NCBI RefSeq assembly: GCF_009914755.1
Contig: NC_060937.1
Source: the human T2T-CHM13v2.0 reference genome, Homo sapiens
Direction: 5' to 3' (one strand)
DNA length: 64,000 bases
In this document: positions 11,917 through 26,588 of the stretch, piece after piece
Position numbering within the stretch: position 1 is the stretch's first letter
Layout: every line of letters begins with the position of its first letter
Made by a program: the position numbers and the translations under genes
Notes under the pieces: model-generated
What the model saw: the letters and a program-made list of their open reading frames with translations, nothing else
Told to the model about the DNA's origin: nothing
Database searches by the model: none

Positions 11917-12643
11917 AAGAAAATCAGGCACGCAGCCAGATTATTGTTTTTGTGCATCACCTCATAATCTGCGATGGGTAAGGAGTCTCCTGAGCATTCT
12001 AGAACAAAGAAAGAGGTGTATATGCATGAGCATTGGTCTGCCGTTCTAATTCAGCTCCAACATAGCCAACATGTGCTGTCACATAAATTAAATATCTGTT
12101 AGCCCCTGTCCTCAAGGTATTCTCTCAATACCTGTTGCAGAGATCGACACAGTGTCTTCTTTGCAGCAGTAGATATTCAGCCTGTGTGCACTGGTGCTGC
12201 TGTAAGGCTGAGGTCTGCTCTGATCTGGCAGGGCCTCTGTCATATTGGCAGTTAAGCATTTTGAATGTGGGAGAACAGTGAAATTGAGCTTAAGTCCTCT
12301 TCAGGGTGGAATGGAAGGCTATTAGTAGAGAAGAGGCAGGATTTTGAAGAATTATAAGAACTACCAAAAGGTAGGAGGAGAATCCCACAGCATGAGCAAG
12401 GGTCAAGATTCAAGTAATCATTTGCTGTGTGTGGAGAGGATTAAGTTGTCCAAACTGGCCAGGGTGCTAAGAAAGAGCCTAAGGGAGCCAGAGAAGCCTA
12501 GGTAATCTGTCTTTAAAGCAACATGGTTATAAAACTTTTTGAAAGCTGATCAGTGTACCAATTTGCTTAAAATTTTTTGTTGTTGAAAGTGAGTGTCTTC
12601 AGTCACTTTCCTCCCACCCAAGCTTTCTCATTTTGGTAAACTA

Positions 12644-13022
<379 letters not shown>

Positions 13023-13111
13023 TTAATGTCGGATTAATTGCATAGTCATTTATTTCTTCTTTGTGCTGTTTGTAATAGAAACATGGCTTAACAATCTACC
13101 AGTAACAAGGG

Positions 13112-13340
13112 AGTAGCATAACGACTTCCTAGGAGTTGGGCTAGTCTGTGTTCAAATGCCATGTCTAGATCCAGGCACAATGTGGCCTTGAACATTACTT
13201 AACATCTCTAAGTTTTTACTTTTGCATTTATAAAATGCCATTCATGGTATCTGTCTCCCAGAAATTTTAAGGATTAAAACACGCAATTAGAACTAAAATT
13301 CGCCAAAGTGCCCTACACACAGTAAGCCTTCACTCATTAA
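13112..13340 (+). mobile_element. MIR SINE
   Basis: tgtggccttgaacattacttaacatctctaagtttttacttttgcatttataaaatg...aggattaaa...gtgccctacacacagtaagccttca. Confidence 0.7.
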
Positions 13341-13389
13341 AAAGTAGATACTTTCATCATTACCTTCTTCCAATACCTTTTCCTTATTA

Positions 13390-13690
13390 GAAAAAAAAAC
13401 AAAGAAATTATTACTGCAGAAAAGAAAAAAAATCTGAAACAATATGACAAACACAAAGAACGTCATAATCCCACTCATTCAAAGGTAACTGCTATTAATA
13501 TCTTGCTGAATATTTTCCATAATCTTTTATCTGGTTTCCATATATTCTTACATATTATTGAATTTTTTCTTTTGTAAAATGAGATTATGCCATGTATGCC
13601 ATTATAACCTACTAGATTTGAGCAAACCACCATTTGGTGGACATTTACGCTATTCCAAGTTTTTGTGATATGGCAGTGTAAAACCAACTA
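13390..13690 (-). mobile_element. Ancient L1M(E) 3' fragment
   Basis: cataatcccactcattcaaaggtaactgctattaatatcttgctgaatattttcc...ggtggacattta...ttccaagttttt is typical antisense L1ME. Confidence 0.6.
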
Positions 13691-16384
13691 AAAATGATTT
13701 GCAAATTAAAAAGCACTAATGGTTCTAAAAATTGACAAAAATACTTAAAGACACAAAAACAGTAACAAAACAGCGCATAATTGCCAGTACTTAAAAAGTC
13801 CATTTGGTCATCACTGAGACTTCATTTTCATGTGGACCTACTTTCTTTCCAATAAAATAATTTTGAAAATATTATATTTAATTACATGTTTTTCTGGCCA
13901 AGTCATATATTGCCAGGGCAAACATGAAACTTTGGCAGCAGGAAGAGGTGAAGGCACAAAGTGTGTATGACACATTAAAAGACTTGATGGAGGATGAGGA
14001 GACTTTGAAGGGTTTTAAAGTACAGGCTGAGCAGATTGCATCCCAGTTTTAGACTCTGCAAAACAGACACCTTGAAAGAATTACTTGGGTAACTAAATCT
14101 TCCTTATCTAGTGGTAAGGGTTGTGAGTTAAACCAAAAGTTTCAGTAAGTTAGCTCAAATCCTTTCTGGACAAGGTTAAGAATAAGTACATAAAAATATA
14201 AATAAATAGGAATCATTTCAAATGAATCATGTTTCTTTTCTGACCAGTAGGAACTTACAGAAATTGTTATTGTTGTTGTAAAATGTGTTACACTAATAAA
14301 CTCTGAATACCTGTTCCCACATTAGTATTCTAAAGATGAAGGGGGAAAAAAATGCATTAGCTGTTACTCCATTTATGAACTGGGCTGACTGCAAGAGGAT
14401 AGGGTTAATTCCTCATGTCTGCAGGGAAGCACTTTATCTCGAGTGATGTGTGTCAGAGTTGCTGTCCAGGGCAGATGCTTTCTTCAGCTGGTTCCTGCCT
14501 CCACTTCTGTTGCGTCTGAAACAGAGCACTATGCAGAACGTTTGTTCTCAGACTTGCTTAGAGATCTTGTAAAATTTGCTTAATCTCTAGCCCTGAAACA
14601 TGTGTCTGTGTATGTATTTTTTAGGTGGCCAGGGTTTTTAAAAAAATATGCCTCTCTGGCAATATGTCTGATTGACCAACAGTTGGGACAGAGTGACACA
14701 AGAAAATTGTCAGTAATCAGTGCTATGAATATACACGCCTACCTGATTCATCCACTGGGCTCAGCTTGGTACCAGTGCTTTTGTTTTACATTCATTAAAA
14801 TTCCCATCAGGACACAAAATGCTGAACATCACCCAAAACAAAACCAAACAAAACTAACCAACCAAAAAAGTAAAATAAAACTTAGGCACAGATACAGCAA
14901 TGTTGTTTGATGAAGAATTAAACAAACCATGTATATATTGCTTATTCTTCTTTAGCTCGCTGGTAATTTTTTCTAAGGTTGAAACTTTGTGTCAGGTATA
15001 AAACCCCAAATATCGAGTTTATGCTTATTTAATTCCCTCTTTGCTTCATGAAGAGAGACTGACAAATATTTTTTAATGAAAGATATGCAGTCTTTCATAC
15101 TCCCTCTCTATGTTCAAATATGATAGAAAATCCTGTCTTTCGTTTCAGCTCAAACAAACATTTTGGTCATTATACCCTCTAAAAATATAACTTTGCCATA
15201 TACAAGTTGAGGAAGCATGTAAGGGTTAAAATAGGTGTTTTGATAGGTTAAAATAGGTACTTTATAGATAAAACAAGCCTATGTCAATCATATGTTACAC
15301 ATATGCAAATATTTTGATCTTCATTTTTAAAAACTACAAAGGAAAGTTAATTCCAATTCTAGGAAATGGAATTCTTGTATTTTAAGAAATAAAAACTAGT
15401 CCAGGATAGAATTTTCATTTGATCTAAGCTACTGGGTTTCATTTTATTTTTTACTGAAAACATATGCACCCACTGGTTTTACTTTTTGGTGGTAGGGAAA
15501 GAAGTAGATATTGAATAGGTTACATGCTGTGCATTACTTTCAACAGACATTGTGTTAAACTAGAGAAACAACCATTTGCAGTGAATGGCAGAGGCTTCTG
15601 GTACTCTCTCTAGGGCCTGTTCTCATTCTCTTCAGTGATTGCAGAAAGCCTGAGCTTTGGTTTGGCACACTGACACTAAATCAAGACCTCATTTCCCAAA
15701 CTCCCTTGCTAGGTGTGGCCCAGTGACAAGTTTTGGTTATGTGGGTATGTGTGATCAACTTCCGGAACATATCCTTTCTCCCTTTCTCCTTTCTACTCCT
15801 TGGATGTAAGTGGGATGGCTGGCTCTTCATTCTGAACTGTGAAAGTAGGGAAGCCTCCTAGTGATGGCGACATGGAACACTGGAGGCAACCTGTGTCCCA
15901 GATCTGACTATGGAATCATCACACCGTCTCCAAACTACCTCAATCCAGACTTTCATGCAAAAAGAAATGAAGATTCATCATGCTTATACTTTAGGTATTT
16001 TGGATCTCTGTTATGAACAAATATAAGCCCTAATGAATACGGAATTTGATGCCTAAAAGCGGAGTGTTGGCCATGGCAAAACCTGAAAGATTGGTGCTGC
16101 AGGTGCAGGTAATAGAAGGCAAAAACCTAGCAACTCTCATTCTACTGTGGAAAACCATATGATGAAACTATTACTAGGATCACTTGGAAAGCAGACCACA
16201 TGCTATGGTCATAGCATCAGGGAAAATTGTAGAAACAATTCAAGAAGTTGTCTTATGTTAGTTGCTTCTTGGTGCTTCAGCAGAGACTACAAAAGAAGTA
16301 AACTCAGGTGTGAGCTAATCAGTCTAGTATCAGACTGTAACCTGCAATACAAGTTGACAGAGTCTAGTAATATTACATTAGTAA

Positions 16385-16625
16385 GTTAATGCTAACTACA
16401 CATATGTGGTGCTTACTATGGGCCAGTCACCATTCTAGTGCTTTATGTATTTTAAGCAACTTATTCCTCAAAAAACACAATGAAGTGCATACTGTTTTTA
16501 ACTGCATTTTATAGATGAAGACCAGATAGGCTGAGGAACGTGCCAATTTTACAACTAATAAGTGAGAAACCTGGTTTGTACTAAGCAATCTGGCCCCAAA
16601 GTCTGTATTCCTAATTGTCACATTA
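16385..16625 (-). mobile_element. MIR SINE nested in the MLT1 internal region
   Basis: gtgcttactatgggccagtcaccattctagtgctttatgtatt...cattttatagatgaagaccagataggctgagg. Confidence 0.75.
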
Positions 16626-17141
16626 AACGGTCAGTTATTTGGACCTTATGGAATTGACAAAGCTAGTTGCCTTGTACTACAGATTGAAGCAATTCTAAGT
16701 AAAGGCTGCAAAGGGTCAGACTTACCAGAAGACGAAACGGTGCCTCTGAGCTTTTCCCAGCACCTGTATTTAAGAGTTCTCTGCCAGACAATGGCAGCCA
16801 GCTCAGTGCAAAAATTAGATGAAGAGAGCTGTGTCCCCACCCCAGCTCTTTGTTTCAGTGACTTTAAGGGAGCCCCTCTGAAACATGAGAGGAGGGGCCT
16901 AGGCAGAGCCCAGAGGTAATAAGTAAAAGTCCCTATCATCAGTCTTAAAAACTCTGACTCCACAAGATTTTTATCTGTGATTATTGACACATGGAACTGA
17001 CCTGAAGCAAATAAACTGGAAGACCACTAGGTGTTTGACAAAATTATATTACTAAGAAAACAAAAACCTATTCAACCCCCAAGGCATTCCCTTGGCCACC
17101 AAAGCAGGACCAGCAAAAGGCAGCCTACAAAAGCTGGGCAG

Positions 17142-17438
17142 GACCGGGTGCAGTGGCTCACGCCTCTAATTCAGCACTTTGGGAGGCCGAGGTGGATGGA
17201 TCACCTGAGGTCTGGAGTTTGAGACCAGCCTGGCCAACATGATGAAACCCCGTCTCTACTAAAAATACAAAAATTAACCAGGTGTGGTGGTGGGTACCTG
17301 TAATCCCAGCTTCTTGAGAGGCTGAGACAGGAGAATCACTTGAACCCAGGAGGCGGAGGTTGCAGTCAGCCGAGATCATGCAACTGCACTCCAGCCTGGA
17401 TGACACAGCAAGACTCCGTCTCAAAAAAAAAAAAAAAA
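17142..17438 (+). mobile_element. AluSx-like element
   Basis: Full dimer with gatcacctgaggtc and a poly-A tail. Confidence 0.96.
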
Positions 17439-18146
17439 CTCGGCCAGTCCAAAAAGCACACCTTCTCCAATGCCCACCTCGGATGACCCATACACGATAG
17501 TGAACCAGGAAGGCCCACTGGGAGGCATTTTCAGTTTTTCAGTTGGGATGACCTAGGAACTCATGCTACTGACAAGAAGAGAGTTGTCATTATTCCTGCC
17601 CCTTTCAAGATTGCTCTGCTTTCCATGATCTTTTGTCCAAATGGGAGGTTTTTCTGTTGTGGTTTCCTGTTTTTTGGTGCCCCAAGGTATGCTGCTGTAA
17701 GGGCAGATGACTGGCCATGATGAGGAGCCATATATGTACATGTTAGAGATGAATCCCCATGAATCAGAGATCTAAGACTTGCTGGGCTTTGAATAACACC
17801 CTCATGAGGATACCTTGAGAAGCAGGGGCTTGCGAAAAGAAAGATGCATATGGTATTTGGGTGGCCAAGGTGGCAGGTGGTAACAGATACTGCTAGTTGT
17901 CCTATACCTGTTCTGCTTTTCTTCTATCTAAAGCTGAGATCATGATAAATAAATTAAATACTTTAATTCCCAGCCTAACTCACAGCTAAATGTAACCATG
18001 TAACTGAGTTCAGGCTAATGGAATGTGAGAGGGGAAATTATGTGTGCAGTTTTTGAAATATGTCCTAAAGTAAATAGATGTGCCCCTTTTTCTCCCCTTC
18101 ATCTGTCCTATTTCTTGGAACAGGGATATATTGGCTAGATATCTAT

Positions 18147-18634
18147 TGTGGCGGCCTGATGCATGCCCCTTCCTCTGCCACCAGAAAATGTCCAGGTTCC
18201 AGTCCCTGGAACTTGTGAATGTTACTTGATGTGGCAAACAAGGATTTTGCCAGTGTGGTTAAAGATCCCGAGAAAGGAAGATTGTATTGGATCATCCAGA
18301 TGGGTCCTAAATGTGATGACATGTATCCTTATAGGAGGAAAGCAGAGGGAGTCTTGAAACAGACAGAAGAGGAGACAGCAATGCAATCACAGAAGCAGAG
18401 ATTGGAGCAATGTGGCCACGCCACAAGGAATGCCCACAGCACCAGAAGCTGAAAGAGGCAAGAAATGGATTCTCCCTAAGAGCCTCTGGAAGGAACACAG
18501 CCTTCTTGGTTTGGGCCCAGTGAAACTCACTATAGAACCTCTGGCCTCCAGAACTGTGAGAGCATACATTTCTGTTGGTTTAAATCAGCAAGTTTGTGGT
18601 AATTTGTTACACCCTAGGTTTACGGTCTAATACA
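18147..18634 (+). mobile_element. MLT1C/D MaLR solo LTR nested in an older MLT1 LTR
   Basis: tgtggcggcctga...ccctggaacttgtgaatgttac...gcagagattggagcaatgtggcc...ctggcctccagaactgtgag...ctaataca. Confidence 0.85.
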
Positions 18635-19259
18635 CCACCTCAGATGAGGAGAATGAGAACTCCATTATGGGAAAGGTAAAATGAAAATTTAGAAGTGGCT
18701 AAGTTGCCAGATAACTCTGAAACCATAACAGCTCTGAGCTTCCTTCATCAGACTTTTTTAAATGAGAAAGGGATAAACTTCTGTCTTTCAGTCACAGTTA
18801 TTTGGAGTTTCTTTTATAGGCAGTCAAACCTATAAATAACCGGCAAATATGTTATTTAACCCTCTATCTCTAAGCCAAGATATAACTAAATAATGTAAAA
18901 TAAATAGATGTCCACCCAAGGAATACGATTTAGTATCACGTTTTAAATATAGTAATAGTAAGTACATAAAGAAAATCTCTTCACTGAGCTTGGTACCACT
19001 TATTTCCATGACTGGACTCAAGATATGTGGAAATGATACTTTTACTGCCAAAGACTTTATAGGTTATAGGAATGGTTTCAGTGGTGTTAAATACATTACA
19101 CCAGTAATGACATGCTTTATGGAAAATAGAAATTCTAGGTGGGTAGGGGGTAGTTCTTGGACACATTGAAACATGGTTTAAAATAACTCAGTCTTTGACC
19201 AGGCTTTTCTTCTGTTCATTGGGAATTATTTCATTGCCCACTCTCTATTATGTTTGTCT

Positions 19260-19435
19260 ATCAACACAGGCTTTGCTTTGATTTCGGATCCAAGGTTCAC
19301 CATCTGCAGCAAGTTGTGTAATCTCTACAAGCCTCAGTTTCCTTGTAGGTAGAATGGAACTACCTCATAAGTTCTCACATAAATGAGGTAAGGCCTTCAC
19401 AGAGTGCCTGCCACAGTGCAAGAGTTTAATAATAG
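19260..19435 (+). mobile_element. MIR SINE
   Basis: aatctctacaagcctcagtttccttgtag...tacctcataag...cagagtgcctgccacagtgcaag. Confidence 0.65.
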
Positions 19436-22400
19436 GAAAGTCGTCATCGCTATTGCTATCTGGATGAGACAGGCCTATTAAGGAACCAAGAAAAGGACTA
19501 ACAAATATAGTTTTTTGTTTGTTTTTGTTTTGCCTACTGTTGCTACCTTTGAAGAACAAATATAGATTTTGACACTATTAACAGAAGGCAATTTGGAAGA
19601 TCAAATGTAAGTCTTTTAGTCATCCATTCCTACCAAAAGCTTGTTTCATACAAAATTTTAGTTTGTATGAAGTGTTCTTCTGGTACAACTTTTTAGTCAC
19701 CATGGGAATTTTATTTCAACAAAGTATTAAACCATGAGGCATTTATTTTGAATATAGTTAGCAAAAAGAGTGATTGGGAGCTGAAGAGAGATAAGGAAAG
19801 TGGAATGAAAGGCAGAGAGAAGAAAAGATTTGAGCAATGCAGCTTCAGGCAAGATGGGGAAGGAAGAAGAGTTGAAGCAAGTATGAAAGGGACTAAGAGA
19901 GCAAAACGAAGTAGTTTGTAGGATACCATGGGAAATAATGAACTACATAGCCTTTGCACTGGCATTGAGTCACAGAAATACCTATTCACATAGCTGCAGA
20001 TGACTGAAAGCTTTTTGTCATTGTTGTTCATCTCAAACATCAAAACTATTCTGTAGATCTGGAATTATGGTCAGACACAGGTGAATGTCAACCACTCTGG
20101 GTCAAAAAAATCAGAAAGCCATTTAAATCAACTAAGGACCAGGAAGGTAGGATAGAGAACCAGCATAGCTGAGATTGTACTGCAAGTGGTTATTGTGCTA
20201 AGTGCATGAATATGCCTCTCTCGTTTAAGTCATACAAAAATCCTGCACCACTATTTTACATAAGAAATGTGAAATAAATTTTTTATCTAAGATGAAATAA
20301 TAATATTGATATATTAGGGATTCTATTAACGAGAATGTTAAATTAAGATGAGTATGTTATATTAAAATCCATGTTCCATTAATTACATCATGCTGCCAAT
20401 AATTTTACTTCTGGTACTGTGTGTCCTTCCTGATAAATTTTGGCCTCTCTTTCCCTTGGCATTGTCTTTATAGAAGAATGATATAAGTATTTAACTTTAA
20501 TAACTTGTCAGAACTACAAAGACAATTGTGAAGCCTCTGCTCAATATTATCTCCTCCTCTGTGTCGTAATATTTCTCCTGAGTGTCTATTTAAGGTCCTT
20601 CTAACATTCTTTTCCTCTGTAAAGGACATTTTATGATGATACCACTCTTGTAAAACAATGGTGACTTCCAACTAGGTAGAAAATTTCTGTAAAGGCCAAG
20701 GCTAATGCTAGATAAAGTTCTATGCAGATCAGGAATCACTTTAATCTCTTTCACTTTGACATGTCAAAGATGGGAATGAGTTTCCAGAAGAAACAGTAAA
20801 GCAATTTCTATATAATCTGAGCGAAGAAAACATGGCACATTTCCAGCAATTCCAGGCTGTGTAGGAAGACAAAATACTATCGATGGAGAAGAGATTAACC
20901 TGTAGATTTGAAATGGTTTTATGTATCTTTGAGCTCTGTTGAAATTTGTTATTTCTGAACTCCAAGAAATATCTTTATAACAGGATAATGTTTTTACTCA
21001 TTTAATTTATATAATATGTCCCAGTGCCTCAAGAAGTAAACAGGGGCATTATCAAAGAGTTAGCCCTAAGCAGTGACACTTTGGGGAAGGATACCCGATC
21101 CTGATGTAAGTTTGTTGGAAGGAAACCAGAGTAGATGTCACTGTTAGCCCCAAGCCAACCTGTATTTATGGCAGGTGAGTATAGTAACAAGGACTGCCTG
21201 ATAAATAATTATCCTTACTGAGGAAAGAAGAGAATTTCCAGGTTTTCTTCTTAACATCTAGTCTCCAATGAGAGAAAAGGATTCACAAAATGATTTAGAG
21301 AAAGCAAATAAACAAATTGGTACCTAAAAGAGGGAGACAAGACCCACCCCACCCACAGGAGCAGCTTGCCCCCAAAGCGGACAGTGAAGTAGATGTGCTG
21401 TGGAAACAAAGCCTTCCTCTTGCTTTGGGTTGGTGCACAAACATTGGATTGTTGCCGGGCTGGCAGCAGGTGTTCCTCTGTCAACACATGTCCTTTTCCT
21501 TTGATAATGGTGTCCAGAATCCTTGATGAACAGTTGGGTAAATTCCCTAGGTTTCTGGGTGAGGACTCAAATCCATAGAACTGTGACACCCTTGAAAGAT
21601 AATACTGGCTTTAGTTAACAAAGGTGTCTGTGACAGGCTGTTACATAATCTTGCATTTCTTTTTTTATTATTTTTTAAGACCAGCCAGACCAAATACTCA
21701 AAAGCTATGCTTGTCACACTAGATAATGACTTTTTTCACAACTAAGTTTTCCTTAATACTATAACAATTTGATATTTGAAATGTGTTTGAACCAGATATT
21801 TTATACTCAGTCCTGGTTTTAAACCCACTAGATGGTCTTCAGTTAAGATACTAGGCCCTGGTACACAAAAAACAGAGTAGAATTATAAAATCCTTTTGGC
21901 GATGGAAGAGGAGGGATCACAAAATCAAACACCAATATCACGTTGAAGGTTTAATACCTGTTCTAATTAAATGTAACAAAATGAAAAAGAAAATTGCTTT
22001 TGGTTGAGTTATTTAAGACAGACATATATTTAAAATTTATTTGGACAATTCAGATAAGAACTTCTACTTGCAGCATGCACTAATCTCAGACCATAGTCTC
22101 TGAAATGCAAGCCATACACTTAATAAATCAAATTTGTTTCAGCCTCCCTTACCTGGGACCAGGAGAAAGCCAATTTTGTCAACTCCCCTTTTCCAGGGTT
22201 GTATCCGTGATCAAGGAGCATTACAGAGGTACCTAGGTACTCAGGTAGGATCCCATTTAATCCTCAGTCACTGGCTTACACAGGTAGCCTCTGAGATATC
22301 TCTTGTTCCCATCCACAAGTCCCTTTCAGAAATGGCATTCTCTAAACTTGTTCCTAACCAGGCCTGGCTAACCCATACCTTCCTGTTGCTTCCGTGCTGA

Positions 22401-22691
22401 GGCACAGCAATTATCATCTCCTTGTGGTCCTATCTGACTGCACAAAACACAAAACTATCCTCTTTCTTTCTGAAACCCCAACCTGGGAGACAAGGAAGGA
22501 GATGGAGGGAGGACACTTCACCTCAGAACTCCAAGGCTATCTCTGTTCAATTTGCTTCCTACTATTTATCCTGTCTCCCTTCCCACCCAAATGAATTGTT
22601 TTCTAGACTGTGGCAGGGGAGTGGTCAACTGTCTAATGATTTTCCTTTCATTTGTTTTGTCTTTGCACAGAGTCCTCACTGTGGCTCATGC

Positions 22692-22897
22692 ACTGGGTTT
22701 TTCAGCTTCATCACTATTGACATTTTGGGCTGGATATGCTGTTGTTGTGGGCTGTCCTGTGTACTGTACGATGTTAAGCAGCATTCCTGGCCTCTGCCCA
22801 CTAGGTGCCAGTCACAACCCCATAGACCATAAAAAATTGTTTCCAGATCTTGCCAAATGCCCCTGGGGGCAAAGTTGCCTTTGGGGAAGAACTGCTG
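22692..22897. mobile_element. MER20 (hAT-Charlie MITE)
   Basis: cactattgacattttgggctggata...gggctgtcctgtgtactgtacgatgttaagcagcattcctggcctctgcccactaggtgccag...ccagatcttgccaaatgccccctggggg. Confidence 0.88.
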
Positions 22898-23341
22898 CCT
22901 TAAAGGTATACGCTTTTGGAAACCAATGCTGGTCAGATTCTCTGGAGACCAGAAACTACTAGTAAACAGGAGAGCTGGCAGAAGGGATGGCCAAACGAGA
23001 AGTCAGAGTTTCTATTTTAAATTTTTGTTTACCTCCTGCTTGTCATGCTGGAAAAGGGGATAGAAATGTTAGGATAGCTACACACAAACACTTCTATACT
23101 ACACATAGATAGTTGAATGTTAGCAGAGTTCTGGCATTGTATTTTTTATGAAGTAATTGTTTTCTTCTTATTAGGCACAGGTTTCACCTTTCTAAGGGAA
23201 ATATTATACCACTGATACAAACAAAATAGATACAGAAACATGGACATTAAATTTGTGCGTGATAAAATTGCTTTTTTCTAAAATATGTTATTTTTTTCTA
23301 ATATAAATTAGAGTGTCATATAGAACATCACTATGGCGTCT

Positions 23342-23347
<6 letters not shown>

Positions 23348-23381
<34 letters not shown>
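23348..23381. repeat. (CA)n microsatellite
   Basis: About 13 perfect AC units followed by aaacacac. Confidence 0.95.
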
Positions 23382-24329
23382 CAAATATTTATAGGTCTGT
23401 TTAGCATCAATTATCCCACACTTCTTGAGAAAGAACAGCAAAAGGACTAAACTGTCAAGAAATTCAATTTCTAGGCATCTTGAGTTTCTGAACTTTAGGG
23501 AAAGGGAGTCATTTACTTTATATTTCTCTGTGGCTGATCTATGATTAGTCATACAGAGATGTCAAAAGATGTTGACAGAATAAGAATAATAAGCATACAT
23601 TTATGGCCTTCGTCAACAGCCTAGGAGATCAACTGTCCCGTTAACCAATACCTAGCACTTCCTCCAATGGATAAATCTTGAAAAAAGGGGTTTCCAGATG
23701 CAGTTTATATCCAGGTAGTTCATTGACCTTTTTGACACTTCCTTTGTCAATCACTTTTTCCAAGATGAAGGAAATTTGAAAGTCTACAAAGATCACCAAA
23801 CTTGCTTTCTTTGAGTCAAACTTGCTTTACTTAACTATGAACTGGCAGATGTGTCCATTCCAGTGGTCTGTAAATACTTGGGAAATGGTGAAGCAGTTAT
23901 TTAGCATGTTTGCCACTAAACATGTTGCCCCCTTCCCATTTGCAGGTTGATCACTTGAGGAAAGAACCCAAACTTTTTGATGTTGACCATACATCTTCCA
24001 TTTGAGGGCAATTGCCTTTAAACGGGCCACATCTTTGATGTTGCACTTACCCTGGGAAAGATTTAGGTTAAATGGTGTTATTTATCCTAATATTATGATT
24101 GTTTTACTTTGGAATTATCTTTCTCAAACACAATACTGAACTGTCTGGGCTCCAAAAGGTGAAAATTGGAAAGCATAAGTTATTCTATACCTATAACACT
24201 TGGTTCTCCCAGACCAGCTAAGATGTTTTATGTTTCTAGGTTTTATTTTATTTTATTAATTCTCAGAAATGCGTGTTCATATTTTTCATAAATAAATGTA
24301 AATATCTCAATTGAAAATGAACAGAATTG

Positions 24330-25336
<1,007 letters not shown>

Positions 25337-25482
25337 TATGTACATTTTTAAATGGCTACTCTGCAATACTAATCTTCACATGTAGAGTTCTTGGACTAAC
25401 TACTATGTTTTTATTTCAAATATAAAACTTCAGAATCACAACACTTAAAACATTACTATAACTTTATATCCTAGTCACAATA

Positions 25483-25845
25483 TGATATGGTTTGGCCATG
25501 TCCCAACCAAAAATCTCATCTTGAATTATAATCCCCATAATCCCCACGTGTTAATGGAGAGACCAGGTGGAGGTAATTGAATCATGGCAGTGGTTTTTCC
25601 CACACTGTTCTCATGATAGTGAGTCAGTTCTCAGGAGATCTGATGGTTTTATAAGTGTTTGGCAAATTCCTCCTTGGCTCATTCTCTCTCCTGCAGCCCT
25701 GTGAAGAGGTGCCTTCCACCATGATTGTAAATTTCCTGAGGCTTCCCCAGCTGTGTGGAACTGTGAATCAATTAGACCTCTTTTTTAAAATAAATTACCT
25801 AGTCTCAGGTATTTCTTCATAGCAGTGTGAGAATGGACTTACACA
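25483..25845 (+). mobile_element. THE1 (B/C-like) MaLR solo LTR
   Basis: tgatatggtttggc...aaatctcatcttgaattataatcccc...ggaggtaattgaatcatgg...gtgtgagaatggacttacaca. Confidence 0.9.
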
Positions 25846-26431
25846 TACGATTTTTTTGCAGCTAGTCCAGCTTCAGCTGTCTTTGGTAAAATTAATCATT
25901 CTTCTTAAAATAATGATAGACTTGTGTCTCATAACTTATGTTTATAAATTATAAACTTATGCCTCATGTCTAATTCTAATATACTACTAGTCAACTTTAT
26001 GTTCAGGACTTCATACATCCAAAGTTCTCTGTTAGAGGTGCATGACATTCTCTAAAACTATTAACAGACTAATTTTTGGCCATAGCTTGTTCTTTTTCCC
26101 CTTATTTCCTTCCTAATATAATACTTACATTCTATCTAGAATTCCAAGAGACTTTCATTCCTCTGTTTGGTAAATGAAAAATAAAAGTTACACTTGCAGA
26201 ACTTCCTCCTCTGCCCTTCTAATGTTGTAAGTGTCTTGGGTGATCAGCATGAGAGGTACGAAACCTAGTGTTATTCTAGCTGTCTTCAGTCACCAGTAAT
26301 CCCATGTTCCTGGACTATGAAGCAAGTTAGAGGTCTTGTCAGAGGACTGTGCGTGTGTGTGTGTGTATCAGCAAAAATGAAAAGTAGAAAATATTAAAAA
26401 ATACAAAAAAATTAACTTCAAAAATCTTAAC

Positions 26432-26588
26432 TAAGTTGTTCTCAATGTGTGGTCCTCAAACAAACTGCATTTCTGACTTCTTAGACATGCACAATCTCAG
26501 GCCCTCCATAGACCTACTGAGTTGAAACCTGTGTTTTAGCAAACTCTCTGGGTAATTTTGATAAACATTACAATTTGAGAACCACGGC
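26432..26588. mobile_element. MER5A-like hAT MITE
   Basis: gttgttctcaatgtgtggtcc...ttagacatgcacaatctcaggccctccatagacctactgag...tttgagaaccacgg. Confidence 0.75.

Larger units (their letters stand above)
15584..18835 (+). mobile_element. Degenerate MLT1 (J/I-like) MaLR provirus: LTR-internal-LTR with nested MIR, Alu and MLT1C/D
   Basis: 5' LTR about 15584-16041 ends ccctaatgaatac; internal region starts ggaatttgatgcctaaaagcggagtgttg; PPT-like atttgggtggccaaggtggcagg at about 17855-17877 directly precedes a second LTR (tggtaacagatactgctagttgtcc). Confidence 0.65.

Noticed and set aside
14536-14549. AGAACGTTTGTTCT as a steroid receptor element
   Set aside because: Spacer is 2 nt rather than the required 3.
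19645-19671. 10-bp-arm hairpin ttcatacaaa / tttgtatgaa
   Set aside because: AT-rich and within chance expectation for 64 kb.
22134-23063. Cluster of overlapping ORFs
   Set aside because: The longer ones run through MER20; none has coding-like features.
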